This document shows, one piece after another, positions 12,911 to 24,692 of a DNA stretch of 64,000 nucleotides. Source of the stretch: Malacoraja senta (Eukaryota). Positions within the stretch are counted from its first letter, which is position 1. Each line of letters opens with the position of its first letter. The notes under the pieces are model-generated. The model did no database searches and was not told where the DNA came from. It saw nothing but the letters and a program-made list of their open reading frames with translations. A program made the translations under genes and the position numbers. Location: NCBI GenBank assembly GCA_038087875.1, contig CM075988.1, positions 8,248,001-8,312,000 on the forward strand, written 5' to 3'.

Positions 12911-15900
12911 TTTGATCATGGGAACTTTCGATCCCATATTTCCAGATATCTAGAGTCCATTGTGGGCTCCATCTTTCCTTGATGTTTTCATATCTTCCAT
13001 TCATTTGCCCTATGTATCTTCTACAGTATATCTCTCTTTTCCCTTTCCCTTGACTCTCAGTCTTGATGAGCGAGTCTCATAAATGCTCATTGCTGCTTGT
13101 GGAATCTTGCTGTGTATGAATCAGATGCAACGCTTCCTATGTTACAAATAATGAGTACACATCACAAACGCCTTAAAACTAGAGCTTCATGTAATATGCT
13201 GAAAATGCACAAAGCTGTATCTTGCTGCAGGTTTTATTTTCTGTTCTAAAGGGCGATACCTTTTTGGTTCAGTTAAGATAACAGATGTCAACGCATTACA
13301 CAAGAGAATAAGTGAATTTAACGCTAAGGGACAAACAAGATTTTCATTAACATCACACAGCCACATAGTCGGGCAAAAAAACCTCTTCCTAAAGCAAATT
13401 AAGAAAATAATCTTATCAGTGGAAAAAAATAATAGCAAATGCTGACTCCACAGAACATTGTGAATAACTAGGTACAGACTCATGAGAGAGTTCTATATCT
13501 GCAGCATGGTTTAAATATGTACAATCAGCAGCTTCAAACTACACCCTGCAGCCAGTCGATTTGCTGCTGCAATAAACTTGGCAGAATAAAAATCATCCCA
13601 TTGTTCTCTGTACTCCTGGAATTATACAATACAGAAGCAGGTCATTTAGCCCAACTGGTCTATAATGGTATAATATAATATAATGGTCCCCACCAGCCTC
13701 ATCCCACGCCCTAATGTTTTAGCCTTCTATTTTTTTTTCTTTTGTATGTTTATCCAGCTTCCCTTTGAATGGATTAATTCTACTAACTACTCCTTGGGGT
13801 AATGTACCATATTCTAAACTCCCAATGGGTAAGGAAATTTCTCTGAAATCCCAACTGGATTTATTAGTGACTACCGTATATTTATATCAGGGGAAGGATC
13901 GTGACCCGAAATGTCACCCATCCCTTCTCTCCAGAGATGCTGCCTGACCCGCTGAGTTACTCCAGCACTCTATGTCTATCTTTGGTATAAACCAGCATCT
14001 GGAGTTCTGTGATTCTTCTTTCTTTATATGTTGTTATATGTTCTTTATAGCTGGTTTAAGTCTCCACCCCACATAGGGAAATATTTTCTCTTATCAAATC
14101 CATCGTAATTGTAAAGACTGCTATCAGGTCAGCCCTCAACCTGATCCTTGTGGAAAAAGTAAACGCAGTCTTTCCCACAGCCTTTCCCACAGATATATCT
14201 TCACTTCGAAGACAGACACAAAATGCTGGAGTAACTCAGCGGGACAGGCAGCATCTCTGAAGAGAAGGAATGGGTGACGTTTCGGGGCGAGACCCTTCTT
14301 CAGACTGACATCTTCATTTCTGTCTCCGCCCTCCTCTCCCCAATGGATTTGAAAAATATTTCTCCAATCCTTCTATCCCGCTTGAAACCATCGAGCCCTC
14401 CATTACAGCTGTTTGGGTTATTTACAAAGCACTACCCGAAAATTCAAGATATGGAACAAAATATATCCTTACGGAACTTATGTGGGTAAAAAACTAAATA
14501 AATGAACACAAAATGTTAGAGGATCGAAGGTATTCAGCAAAACGATTGCTCAGTCTATGTATGATTTTCAGCCAAAACAAAATTTGCCTGTTTTGTTTTC
14601 AGCTCCCATTTCTTGATATGCGTGAGATTACATGGTGCGTATTTCTTTTGCATGGTAAGTACATTTTGCTGCCTAGCAATTATTTTACGAGATTTTTGTA
14701 CTATTTACTGTCAATTAGATTTGAGTTAAATCATTAAACTATATTTGATAGACATTTAAATGGAAAAATCTCCATTCAAACTGAAAGCTGGAAGATGGTA
14801 ACCTCCATTCACACAAGAGGCTGCCACCTACTTTTACCTTCCCTACCATCTGGTTCATTTGCCCTTTTAACTGCTCTCATCTGTCTCACCATCACCTTCC
14901 AGTCTTCAGTTTTGTTTTTGCTCCTGATTATTGCATATGCAGCCACATAGGTCCTCAAATGCAGCTGCTGGCCACTTAAAAGATTTGTGTTGGAAACTGA
15001 CAAGACATTCTCTTAAGCGGCCTTCCGCCCTGAACCAACAGATGTGGTTCTACCATTACTGTTGAAAGAAAAAACACATCTCATCGGAAAGCATCTCCAC
15101 TTATCACATGGGATTCAATAGGATATTGGGTTTTGCCTCACAAAAACTTGTGATACGATCAAATTTCTAGGAATACACCCCTTCCGTAATGTGGGGGTTG
15201 ACTGTAATATGAAGATTAGCTGCGTGCATAGATGGCAGATGATATTAATACTAGCACTTGTCTTACATTGCACCTGCAATGTAAAAAATATCAACGTCAA
15301 AATATTTTACTTTCTACAGTAAGGACACAAGAATAAGCAATTTGCCCTTTTGATTCTGCACCTCCGTTCAATATTACGGTTGATATTTCATATCAGTTCC
15401 ATCGTCCTGCACTGTCCCTATCCCCTTAATATCCAGAAATCTATCATTCTCTGTTTCAAGTGAACTATACGACTGAGAATCCACAGCTCTACGGGGAAGA
15501 GATTTTTTTTTTTAAATCACTATTGAAGGAAACGATTTCTCATCATTTTAAACGTCATTCTGAGATTGTGGCTCTAATTCTACTCTCGTCAACAAGTAGA
15601 ACTGCCCTCCCCACATACAGCCTGTCAATTCTATGTAAGAATTTAGTAGGTGTCAATGAGGTCCCCTCTCAATCATCTAAACTATGAAGCATATAGATTG
15701 AGTTTACTCAAATCTCTCTTCACCAAATCTAACAGCCCAGGTGCCATTATGGAAAAACTTTGCTGCACTCTCTCCAACCCAAATATATTCCGGTATCATA
15801 AGGAAATCTTGCTCCTGTGTGCAATGTTCCTGAGCTGGTCTCACCAAGGCCCTATATAATGTATTAGAATCATTTTATTCCTCTACTCAAATCGTTTCAT

Positions 15901-17389
15901 ATAACATGGATAGGACAGGTTTGGAGGGATATGGACCAAATGCGGGTTGGTGGACTACACATGTCCCAACTTTTGTTCTCAATACAACTTACGAATGAAG
16001 GCAAGCATGCCAAATGCCTTCTTCACCATCCTGGAGAAAAGGAGTATGTGACGTTTTGGGTCAGTCTGAAGAAAGGACTCGACCCAAAACGTTACCTATT
16101 CCTTTTTCTCCAGCTTATGCTGCCTGACCCACTGAGTTACTCTGGTTTTCTGTGCCTGTCTTCGGTTTAAACCAGCATCTGCAGTTCCTCGCTACACATT
16201 CTTCACCACCCTGTCCACCTGAGCCGGTTGCAGAGAGCCACGCACCTTTATCCCCAGATCTACCTGTTCTGCAATGCTTTCCAGGCCTCGACCATTTACC
16301 ATGCAACCAAGGAGAATTTAGCTGCAGCCAGCTTAGAGGCAAATATAAACGTGATAAAGTCTTGTCAATGTGAGGGGAAACAATGGCAGGCCTCAAGGGG
16401 GTAATATTTTGCCATGAGATGTCAGTACAATGGGAAATTGCAGCTTGAGGAAGTCCTCATGGTATCAGGCCTGTCAATTGCAAGTTGCATGTCTGAAACT
16501 CCTTGCAAACGCTGACACTGCAGCTCGGGTGTTAACGCCTGTGAGCAGTGACCTTTGGCTTTGCTGACTGCAAGCAGCAATGCTCAGCCGCACTGTATTG
16601 ATCGCCCAGTCAATGGCTTAACTCAGCCGGATGACATCTGATAAACACTGGCTGTGAAGAGGGTTTTGAGGGTGCTCAGGACAAGAGGACGGCTCCAACC
16701 GCACCACCTCTCAGCTGCCGGCTGTAATGGATTGGAAATTGAGCGACACTTCTTCCAAGGGGGGCATTTCTCTTGTAAATGGAGAGATTGTGAAGTGCGC
16801 ATCCCACACAGTCTCTGAGACATTAACAAAATCATTCAACTCGTTGAACTGCAGGATCTTTCACTGTAGTAAAACATCATTCATACCACTGAATCTTTGC
16901 TAGCTCTATGTAGAACAGTCCAGTCCATCCTCATTGCACCACAAATCTCTGTGCTGCCCCACTTCCTAATTCCTTCCTAATCTGAGCCACTTGAAGGCAG
17001 TGAATTCTAAATCAGAACAAACCAGAGTATACTGGGAAGAATTCTCCTCATGTCCCATCAGATTAACACTGGATAATTCTCATTTATTCATGTGCATAAG
17101 TCAGATGAGCAGAATTAGGCCATTCGGCCCATCGAGTCTACTCTCCCATTCAATCATGGCTGATCTTTCTCTCCCTCTAAACCCCATTTTCCTGCCTTCT
17201 CCCTGTAAACTTTTGACACCCGTACTAATCAAGAATTTGTCAACCTTATGGCCTCTCATTACTCCTGTGAGAACAGTTTTTTTTTCATGTTTTGAACACT
17301 TTTTTAATCACCCTTCACTGACAAATTCCAGCTTCTCTCATCTCATAATGGAAAACGGTGCAGCTCAAATTCAGCTCATTCCCTCACGT

Positions 17390-17642
17390 TCTTTTAGGAA
17401 GGAGACGAGGAGAAATGTCTTTAGTCAAAGGGTGGTGAATCTGTGGAATTCTTTGCCACAGAAGGCTGTGGAGGCCAAGTCAGTAGATATTTTTAAGGCA
17501 GAGACAGATAGATTCTTGATTAGTATGGGAGTCAGAGGTTATGGGGGGGAAGGCAGGAGAATGGGGTTAGGAGGGAGAGATAGATCAACCATGTTTAAAT
17601 GGCGGAGAAGACTTGATGGGCCGAATGGCCTAATTCTGCCAC
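17390..17642 (+). mobile_element. CR1-type LINE 3' fragment
   Basis: FSQRVVNLWNSLPQKAVEAKS...; tail gatgggccgaatggcctaattctg. Confidence 0.8.
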
Positions 17643-17839
17643 GATAACGTATGAATACCTATTGGCCAGCATGAGAATACCTATTGAACACCATTGAGCA
17701 TGAGAGGATATTGGACAGGAGTAGAATTAGAGGCATAATTCTACTCCTATCACTTATGACCTTATCACCTTATGACATGTGAGGTAGGGATGGGAGTAGT
17801 GTGTTGGATGGAATGGATGCATCTGATCCAGTCACTTAC

Positions 17840-18166
17840 TGGCTACTTCAAGGGATGCGTTCCTGCTGACTGCCTCTCCGAGGTAGTTCCTGGCCAGGCA
17901 CACGTAGACGCCCTCATCCGGCTTGCTCCTCCGGCCGTGCACGATCCGCAGGAAGAAGAGCGATCCGCTGGGGAGCAGCATGCGGTGGGAGCGCGGGTCA
18001 TCCTTGTCGGTCTCCACCCGCTCGCCGTCCTTGTACCATTCAATGATGGGCGTGGGGCGGCCTTCTGCTTTACAGTTCAACGTGGCCGGTTCCCCTTTAG
18101 ATACAATCAGGTCTGAGGGATGCTCGATGACCCGGGGTGCCGCATCTTCCAGACGCAGTCTAGAAC
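17840..18166 (-). CDS. ROBO3: Roundabout receptor coding exon (first Ig domain); internal exon of a large minus-strand gene
   Basis: Translates (G)[108 protein letters not shown], an unmistakable ROBO Ig1. Acceptor tttttccAG (18168-18167), donor GTAAGT (17839-17834), 327 nt, phase 1/phase 1. The family is certain. The paralog call rests on EDAAPR (ROBO3-like) versus EDFPPR in ROBO1/2 and is less certain (~0.65). Confidence 0.95.
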
Positions 18167-18293
18167 CTGGAAAAACAGACCATATAAAAATATTATATTC
18201 ATATACCAAATATAGTTCACATGATCATAAGTGATAGGAGCAGAATTAGGTCATTTGGCCCACCAAGTCTACTCCGCCATTCAATCATGGCTG

Positions 18294-18499
18294 GTCAAAT
18301 TCAGCGGGTGAGGCAGCATCTATGGAGCGAAGGAAATAGGCAACATTTCGGGTCGAGACCCTTCTTCGTCTCGACCCGAAACGTTGCCTATTTCCTTCGC
18401 TCCCTAGATGCTGCCTCACCTGCTGAATTTTTCCTGCATTTTTATCTTCCTTCGATTTTCCAATATCGGCAGTTCTTTCTTAAACATTAAAAACTTAAA
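18294..18499. mobile_element. Inverted Penelope-derived repeat (second subfamily) inserted in a CR1 tail
   Basis: Self-complementary aggcagcatctatggagcgaaggaaataggcaac...gttgcctatttccttcgctccctagatgctgcct, flanked by the direct repeat aatcatggctg (18283-18293, 18500-18510). Confidence 0.75.
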
Positions 18500-18805
18500 A
18501 ATCATGGCTGATCTATCTCTCCCTCCTAACCCCATTCTCCTGCCTTCTCTCCATAACCCCTGACACCATATTGTTATTGAGGTTTGCCATTGCAATGAGC
18601 TCCGTTGATGCTGACACTAGAATTCTGTTGCTAGTTGCTATAATATAGTACGCTACCCTTAAACACAATCGGCAATGTACAATGGAGATGGTATTGTCTC
18701 GCCAACACTCGGGTGAGAGATTCAGCTCCTCATGAATTGCAGTAGTTCAAGGTGTCGGCCCAATGTCATCGCCTAGCCCAACATAGGATAGGTTGGAGAT
18801 TTGTG

Positions 18806-19106
18806 GGGCGGCACGGTGGCGCATCAGTAGAGTTGCTGCCTTACAGCGCCAGAGACCCTTGTTCGATCTTAACGATTGGTGCTCTCTGTACGGAGTTTGT
18901 ATATGTTTCTCCCATTTCCTCCCACAATCCAAAGATCTTCAGGCTTGTAGGTTAACTGGCTTTGGTAAAGATTGTAAATTGTCCCTAGTGTGTAGGATAG
19001 TGCTAGTGTACAGGGATCGCTGGTCGGTGCGGACTCGGTGGGTCGAGTGGGACGTTTTTTTACGCTGTATCTCATAACTAAATTAAACTAAACTAAAACG
19101 AAACTA
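18806..19106 (+). mobile_element. V-SINE (HE1-like)
   Basis: gggcggcacggtggcgca head; (aaact)n tail. Confidence 0.8.
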
Positions 19107-19426
19107 ATATGGCTTTCAAGCCATTATTTACACCCCAACTACAAACACTACTAAAATTATTATCTGGGAAACTTTAGGCTTCTTACAACTCCAAGCTGCT
19201 TCACATTGAAACCTAATCTTGGCAATAAGAAGTATGGTTGGATCTAGCTCTTGTCCAGGGGCTGGTGAAATCACTGTGAAAGGGCATTACCCTTCAACAA
19301 AGAAACTGCAATTGGAATGGATCAAAGTGTCCACTATGGCTATGGTGGATATTATCCAGCAAAGCCTATCTTTAGGAACAGCTTAAGAGGATATTATCAG
19401 AGGTGCCAGACACATTGTGAGAGAGA

Positions 19427-19665
19427 GACACAAAGTGCTGGAGTAACTCAGTGGGTCAGGCAGCATGTCTGGAGAAGAAGGATGGGTGCATTTCAGGTCG
19501 GGACCCTTCTTCAGACTAAAGTTTCTTTTCAGTCTGAAGAAGGGTCCGGACCGAAACGTCACCCATCCTTTTTCTCCAAAGATGCTGCCTGACCCACTGA
19601 GTTTCTCCAGCACTTTGTGTCCATCTTTGGTAGATACTAGCATCTGCAGTTCTTTGTTTCTACAC
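19427..19665. mobile_element. Inverted pair of Penelope-derived hammerhead repeats (long hairpin)
   Basis: gacacaaagtgctggagtaactcagtgggtcaggcagc...cccttcttcagact / agtctgaagaagggtcc...gctgcctgacccactgagtttctccagcactttgtgtc. Confidence 0.8.
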
Positions 19666-21039
19666 ATTGTCAGCGAGGTAGGGTTTAGGGTGTACTTTTA
19701 GGAAACAGCGCAGAATATCATGTTGCAGGAAGCAGAGTGCAGAATCTGGACACGTTTTAAGATGGAAGATAGAAGATCAGCCAGAATTAATGCGACAACT
19801 CCAACCACAGCTTTTTAAAAAATATTTATTTTATTGGAAGCAACTGTATTAAAAAACTTGACACCTTTACAGCTTTGTGAACAGCTTTGATTTTAACATT
19901 TTCCCAAAAGGACAGGGAACTGTGGTGGTCTCCAACCATTCAAACCTACACCATTTGGGTAGCTCGAACATAAGACAACAGGAGAGCTAAAAAATATAAA
20001 TTGTTAACCATTTCTGCAACCCTATTAACATTTCCTAGAGAAATAATTGTTGTAGTAAGTACGTTAAACTTTGGGGAGAAAGGCCTTTGATTTGTAATGG
20101 AATCAGACTTTCCACTACCCCCCCCAGACATAGGTTTACCAAGCATCTCAAGACCTTTAATTATGCCACATCACCATCTTAGCCCAAGCTACATTTGCCA
20201 CTATATTTCCAGTGCTCTTACTGGGACTGGCTACCATATGTTTATCTCAATTTCTTTCGTGTCCAGCTAACAGTTTCAATGTGTATTCAATTTAATACGA
20301 ATCCTACTTTCACGACAAAGAGATTAATCACCTCACAATCAGCTGCACTTACCACTCCCAGCACTGGAGGATTTTACAGGTTCATCAGTGGGACTTGAGA
20401 GATTCTGTCCCCTTATCTCTCGGAGCATGGTTCTTGCACTTAAATACATATTTATGCTAATATCGGCAATTTAATTATATCGTAACACAGCATATTCGCC
20501 CATAATGTGGCCTTTTCAAGACGCGCATAAAGTCAATTACTGCAAGAGGGAAGATCCTGACAGCTCATCACCCCCTTATTATAATTTGGCCTTCGCTGTA
20601 ACGTGGGCAGTTTTTGAAGCCCATTGGTTTGCTATCGACCCTCTGCAACCTCCAGGAATTAAAGACTAATTTCAAGGATGCTATGACAAGCAATTTCAGG
20701 AGAGAAAACAGAGTGATGCTCTTTTATTCTACTTACAGAAATACTGGTGAAGGGATGAAAGGCTATTTGATGGACAGTCAAACGTCACATCTAATTTGGA
20801 AATTACGAATCTGTTGTTGAGGATTCAGTGTCTGCCTGGGATGTGGAGGCAACTAATGTGGAGGGGTGTTTGTGGAGGAAGAGGATCGTTCTACGATTAA
20901 ACCACCAGAAATACGTCCGGCCAGATTTGGCAGCCGCAGACTGCCTCGATCTGTTAGGCATAATCTAAAACCAAAAGCAGCATATTTATCACCAGACTGG
21001 GTCAGCGCATTAACACTAACGCTGTGTTACGGAATCACA

Positions 21040-21437
21040 GCGGTGCAACTGGTTTGATCCTGACCTCGGCCGCTGACTGTGGAGTTTGCCCGTTCTCCCT
21101 GTGACCTCGTGGGTTTTCCCCAGGTGCCCTGCTTTCCTCCCAGAAGGGCGGCAGTTGCTGCCTTGCAGCGCCAGAGACCCGGGTTCCATCCCAGCTATGG
21201 GTGCTGCCCGTACTGAGTTATTACGTTCTCCCTTTGACCGCGTAGAACTTCTTTGGGAGTTCTGTTTTTCTCCCACATTCCATAGAAGTGCACGTTTGTA
21301 GGTTAATTTACAGAAGGGGCTTTGTAAATTTTCCCCAGTGCATAGGATAGAACTAGTGTACGGATGATCGCTGGTCAGCGTGGACTTGGTGGGCCAAATG
21401 GCCTGTTTCCCCACTGCATCTCTAAACTAAACTAAAC
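21040..21437 (+). mobile_element. Two tandem/nested V-SINE copies
   Basis: Partial head + V domain at 21040-21140, followed by a second copy from 21147 ending in (taaac)n. Confidence 0.7.
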
Positions 21438-22251
21438 TAATCCCAAAGATGTGCCGGTCGGTAGGTTAATTGGTCGCTCTAAATTTGCCCCCAGAACGTG
21501 AATGAGGGGTTGAATCTGGAAGTTGATAAGAATATCTGGAGAATAAAATGTAGGATTAGTGCAGATCGTCAGCATGGACTCAGTGGGCTGAAAGGCCTGT
21601 TTTCTGTGCTGTATGGTTCTAACTCCTGATGACAACACTCCATTGTGGCAATGTCAACCCTCTGACAGGTCTGAGACATTAGTCTTACTCATTCCTCACA
21701 ACCTCAGACTTTATATGTTTATTAAGTTCTTCTAGAAGTATAACTTCGCCAGTTGAAGCTGATCGGTTGGGGGAGGGGGATTTCCTGTCTGTATTTCTGG
21801 GGTCGGGAGAAATTTGCATACAGCCTGCATGAGTCATATCCACTTGAAGTTAGAATGACACAGAAGGAAGACATTCTGTCCATCAGGTCCTTGCCAGACC
21901 CCAGGGGAACAACCTTATTAGTCCCTCTCCTTATTTCCCTGCAGCCCTACAACTTATTCTCTCTCTCACACACCCATCACCCTCCCTTTTGATTCTCTTT
22001 GCCATTAACCTACACTCAGGAGTAGCCAATATACTCTCTATCTGTGGTGCAGACTTGCTATTCCCAGTTAATTTTGATGCTGAATAGGTGCCAATCAACT
22101 CTCTGCCCAGAGCATGTATTGTGGGCTGAAAATATTGGTGAAGTTACTGGTTCAATCAGGACAGTGCAAATAAACCAGGTTTGTTATTTGGCCAAAGTAA
22201 GTAAGTGTGATGATGAACTCAACTGGATTAGACTTGGAGACTGACATACAG

Positions 22252-22967
22252 TAACTCATCCTTTCCCACCCAAACCACTCCCTCCTCCCTCGACTCTGTC
22301 CAGGAACCACAACGGTCCTTTCAGGTTAGGCAGAGGTTCACTTGCACCTCCTCCAACCTCATCAACTGTATCCATTGTTCAAGATGTGGACTCTTATACA
22401 AGACCAAATGTAGACTGGGCGATCATTTTGCTGATCACCTTCGCCCAGTACGCCTGGACCTACCTGATCTCTTGGTTGCTAAAGACTTTAACTCTCCGTC
22501 CCATTCTCCCACTGACCTTTCTGTCCTAGGCCTCCTCCATTGTCAGAGTGAGGCTAAACGCCAATTGGAGGAACAGCATCTCATATTTTGCTTGGGTAGC
22601 TTACAGCCCAATAGTATGAATGTTGATTTCTCCAACTTCAAGTAATCTATGCATTACCTCTCTTTCCATCCGTCCCCTACTCAAATCACATCAGCTTCTT
22701 GTTCACACCCAACAAACACCTAACATTGGCTTGTTTCCTTTATCATCGGCACTTTTTTAGCATATCTTACATTCATTGTTCCATATCTCTCTACATCATC
22801 GTCTATATCTCTCGTTTCCCTTTCCCATGACTTTGTCTGAAGAAGGGTCTCGACCCGAAACGTCACCCATTCCTTCTCTCCAGAGATGCTGCCTGTCCCG
22901 CTGAGTTACTCCAGCTTTTTGTGTCTAACTTCAGTTTAAACCAGCATCTGCAGTTCCTTCCAAGACA
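22252..22967 (+). mobile_element. Penelope-like element 3' fragment (GIY-YIG region + pseudo-LTR)
   Basis: Colinear with 4885-5612 (gactctgtccagg...cagaggttcacttgcacctcctccaacctcatc...ggaggaacagcatctcatattt), with an internal deletion. Confidence 0.9.
22835..22868 (+). ncRNA. Minimal type-I hammerhead ribozyme-like motif in the Penelope 3' end
   Basis: gt-CTGAAGA-a-GGGT(ctcg)ACCC-GAAA-cG-TC-ac: conserved core, stem II, palindromic ACGT stem III, GUC triplet (predicted cut after 22864). Stem I is very short. Confidence 0.6.
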
Positions 22968-23159
22968 TATGATATTCCTAGACATTGGTGAAGTTACTCG
23001 TTCAATCGGGACAGTGCAAATTAACCAGGTGTGATATTTAACTCAACTGTGGATCAGACGAGCAGACAGACATATTACCCAACTGGTCTAGCAGACAGAC
23101 ATATTACCTAATAGTGCAGGCACACCACAGATTGTACCAGCACGTCTGTCTACACAACA

Positions 23160-23310
23160 ACCACTGAATGACTGTGCCACTGAGTGCCTCCCTACTCAAT
23201 AGTTGCTGAGTATCTGTCTAGACTACAGCTGCTGAGTGTCAGTCTAGACTACAGCCATTGAGTGACTGTCCATGCAATGGTCACTGAGCCTGTCTTCACA
23301 ATAGCCACCA
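23160..23310. repeat. Degenerate ~26-bp tandem repeat
   Basis: gctgagtatctgtctagactacagct / gctgagtgtcagtctagactacagcc / attgagtgactgtcc... Confidence 0.55.
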
Positions 23311-24487
23311 CAGACCACAACATAATACCATGTGCAGAATCCTTTGGACTTCTGAATGCATGCCTGTAGAATCAACGGACATGTATTCAGCATTCAGAAG
23401 TCCAAAGGATTCTGCACATGGTATTATTTTGTGGTCTGCGCTCTCTGCTAACAATCATGCTTTATAAGACACCTTCAACATCAAACCCTTGGTTCGTACA
23501 TGCTTGCAATTACACACCACACCCTCATAAGCAGACTTCCAGTTATAACACTCTCTCCATTGCACAAGCCACCCCCATTGGTAATGAGACTCCACTCCGT
23601 TACACACCCACCCTCATTATCAACTTAGTGGTCATGGTTCTTTGGATCAGTAATCTGCAGATACCCCATCATTTAAACTAATTGGAAAGAAAGCTGGCAA
23701 GGGTACAAGACTCACATTCCTGACATGTTCTGTCAGGGCACACTGCTTTTACATGGGCTATTGAAGACAAGCAATTACTCTTTGATTTCTCCCTGGTATT
23801 TTAAATACTAGAAAAAAATTTGGAGTGGAATATTTTTACACTATTTTTTATCAAGTGGAGTAACGAGAGGATGACACTTAAATTCTCACAAATGTGAACT
23901 CATCAACGTCCAGGATGCAGAGGAAGGTCAAAGCTCCAATGCAGGAAAAAAGTCAACCATAGCCTCAGAAAATCAGCATTGACAAGGATAATGGTGCCTA
24001 CACAACCTCTGAGTGAAGAGAGGCTGGGTCAAGTCTGCTGCTGTCACCCCAGACAACCAAGAATTACCATAAGTTCATAGGTTCTAGGAGCAGAATTAGG
24101 TCATTCGGCCCATCAAGTCTACTCCGCCATTCAATCATGGCTGTCCTATCTTTCCCTCTCCATTCTCCTGCCTTCGCCCCATAACCCTTGACACCATTAC
24201 TAATCAAGTCCATCTCCGACCAGAACGTGTTAGGAAACTGAACGTGTCCCAAATTCCATTGGGTACATGGAGCTGGAGCAGCCGTATCAAGATTTCATCC
24301 CCTTCTTCAACACCACCAACTGGTTACGTTTAGATACAAGGAACTGCAGATGCTGGGTTACAAACAAAAACATTTGTATCACGCAGCCTTGATTGCCCTG
24401 CCTTGGATCCTGGTTGTTTCACCAGCAGGACCATGATCCATCTCAAAGAATCTGAGGAAAACAAGGCAGCTGAGAATCAGTAGGAGC

Positions 24488-24692
24488 AAAGAACTGCAGA
24501 TGCTGGTTTGAACCAAAGATAGAAACAAAGTGCTGAAGTAACTCCGCAGGTCAGGCAGCATCTCTGGAGAACATGGATGGGTGACACTTTGGTTCAGAGT
24601 CTGAAGAAGGGTCCTGACCCGAAACATCACCTATCCATGTTCTTCAGAGATGCTGCCTGACCTGCTGAGTTACTCCAGCACTTTGTGTCTTT
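24488..24692. mobile_element. Inverted pair of Penelope-derived hammerhead repeats
   Basis: Same arms as 19427-19665; core CTGAAGA...GAAACATC at 24601-24628. Confidence 0.75.

Noticed and set aside
16991..17647. 218-aa plus-strand ORF
   Set aside because: A chance read-through of antisense and sense CR1 fragments
1..17800. Next ROBO exon (LRDDFRQ...Ig2) downstream of the Ig1 exon
   Set aside because: Not found in the ORF track or by eye; it presumably lies beyond the window start
17772..18234. Plus-strand ORFs overlapping the ROBO exon
   Set aside because: Antisense shadows of a GC-rich coding exon
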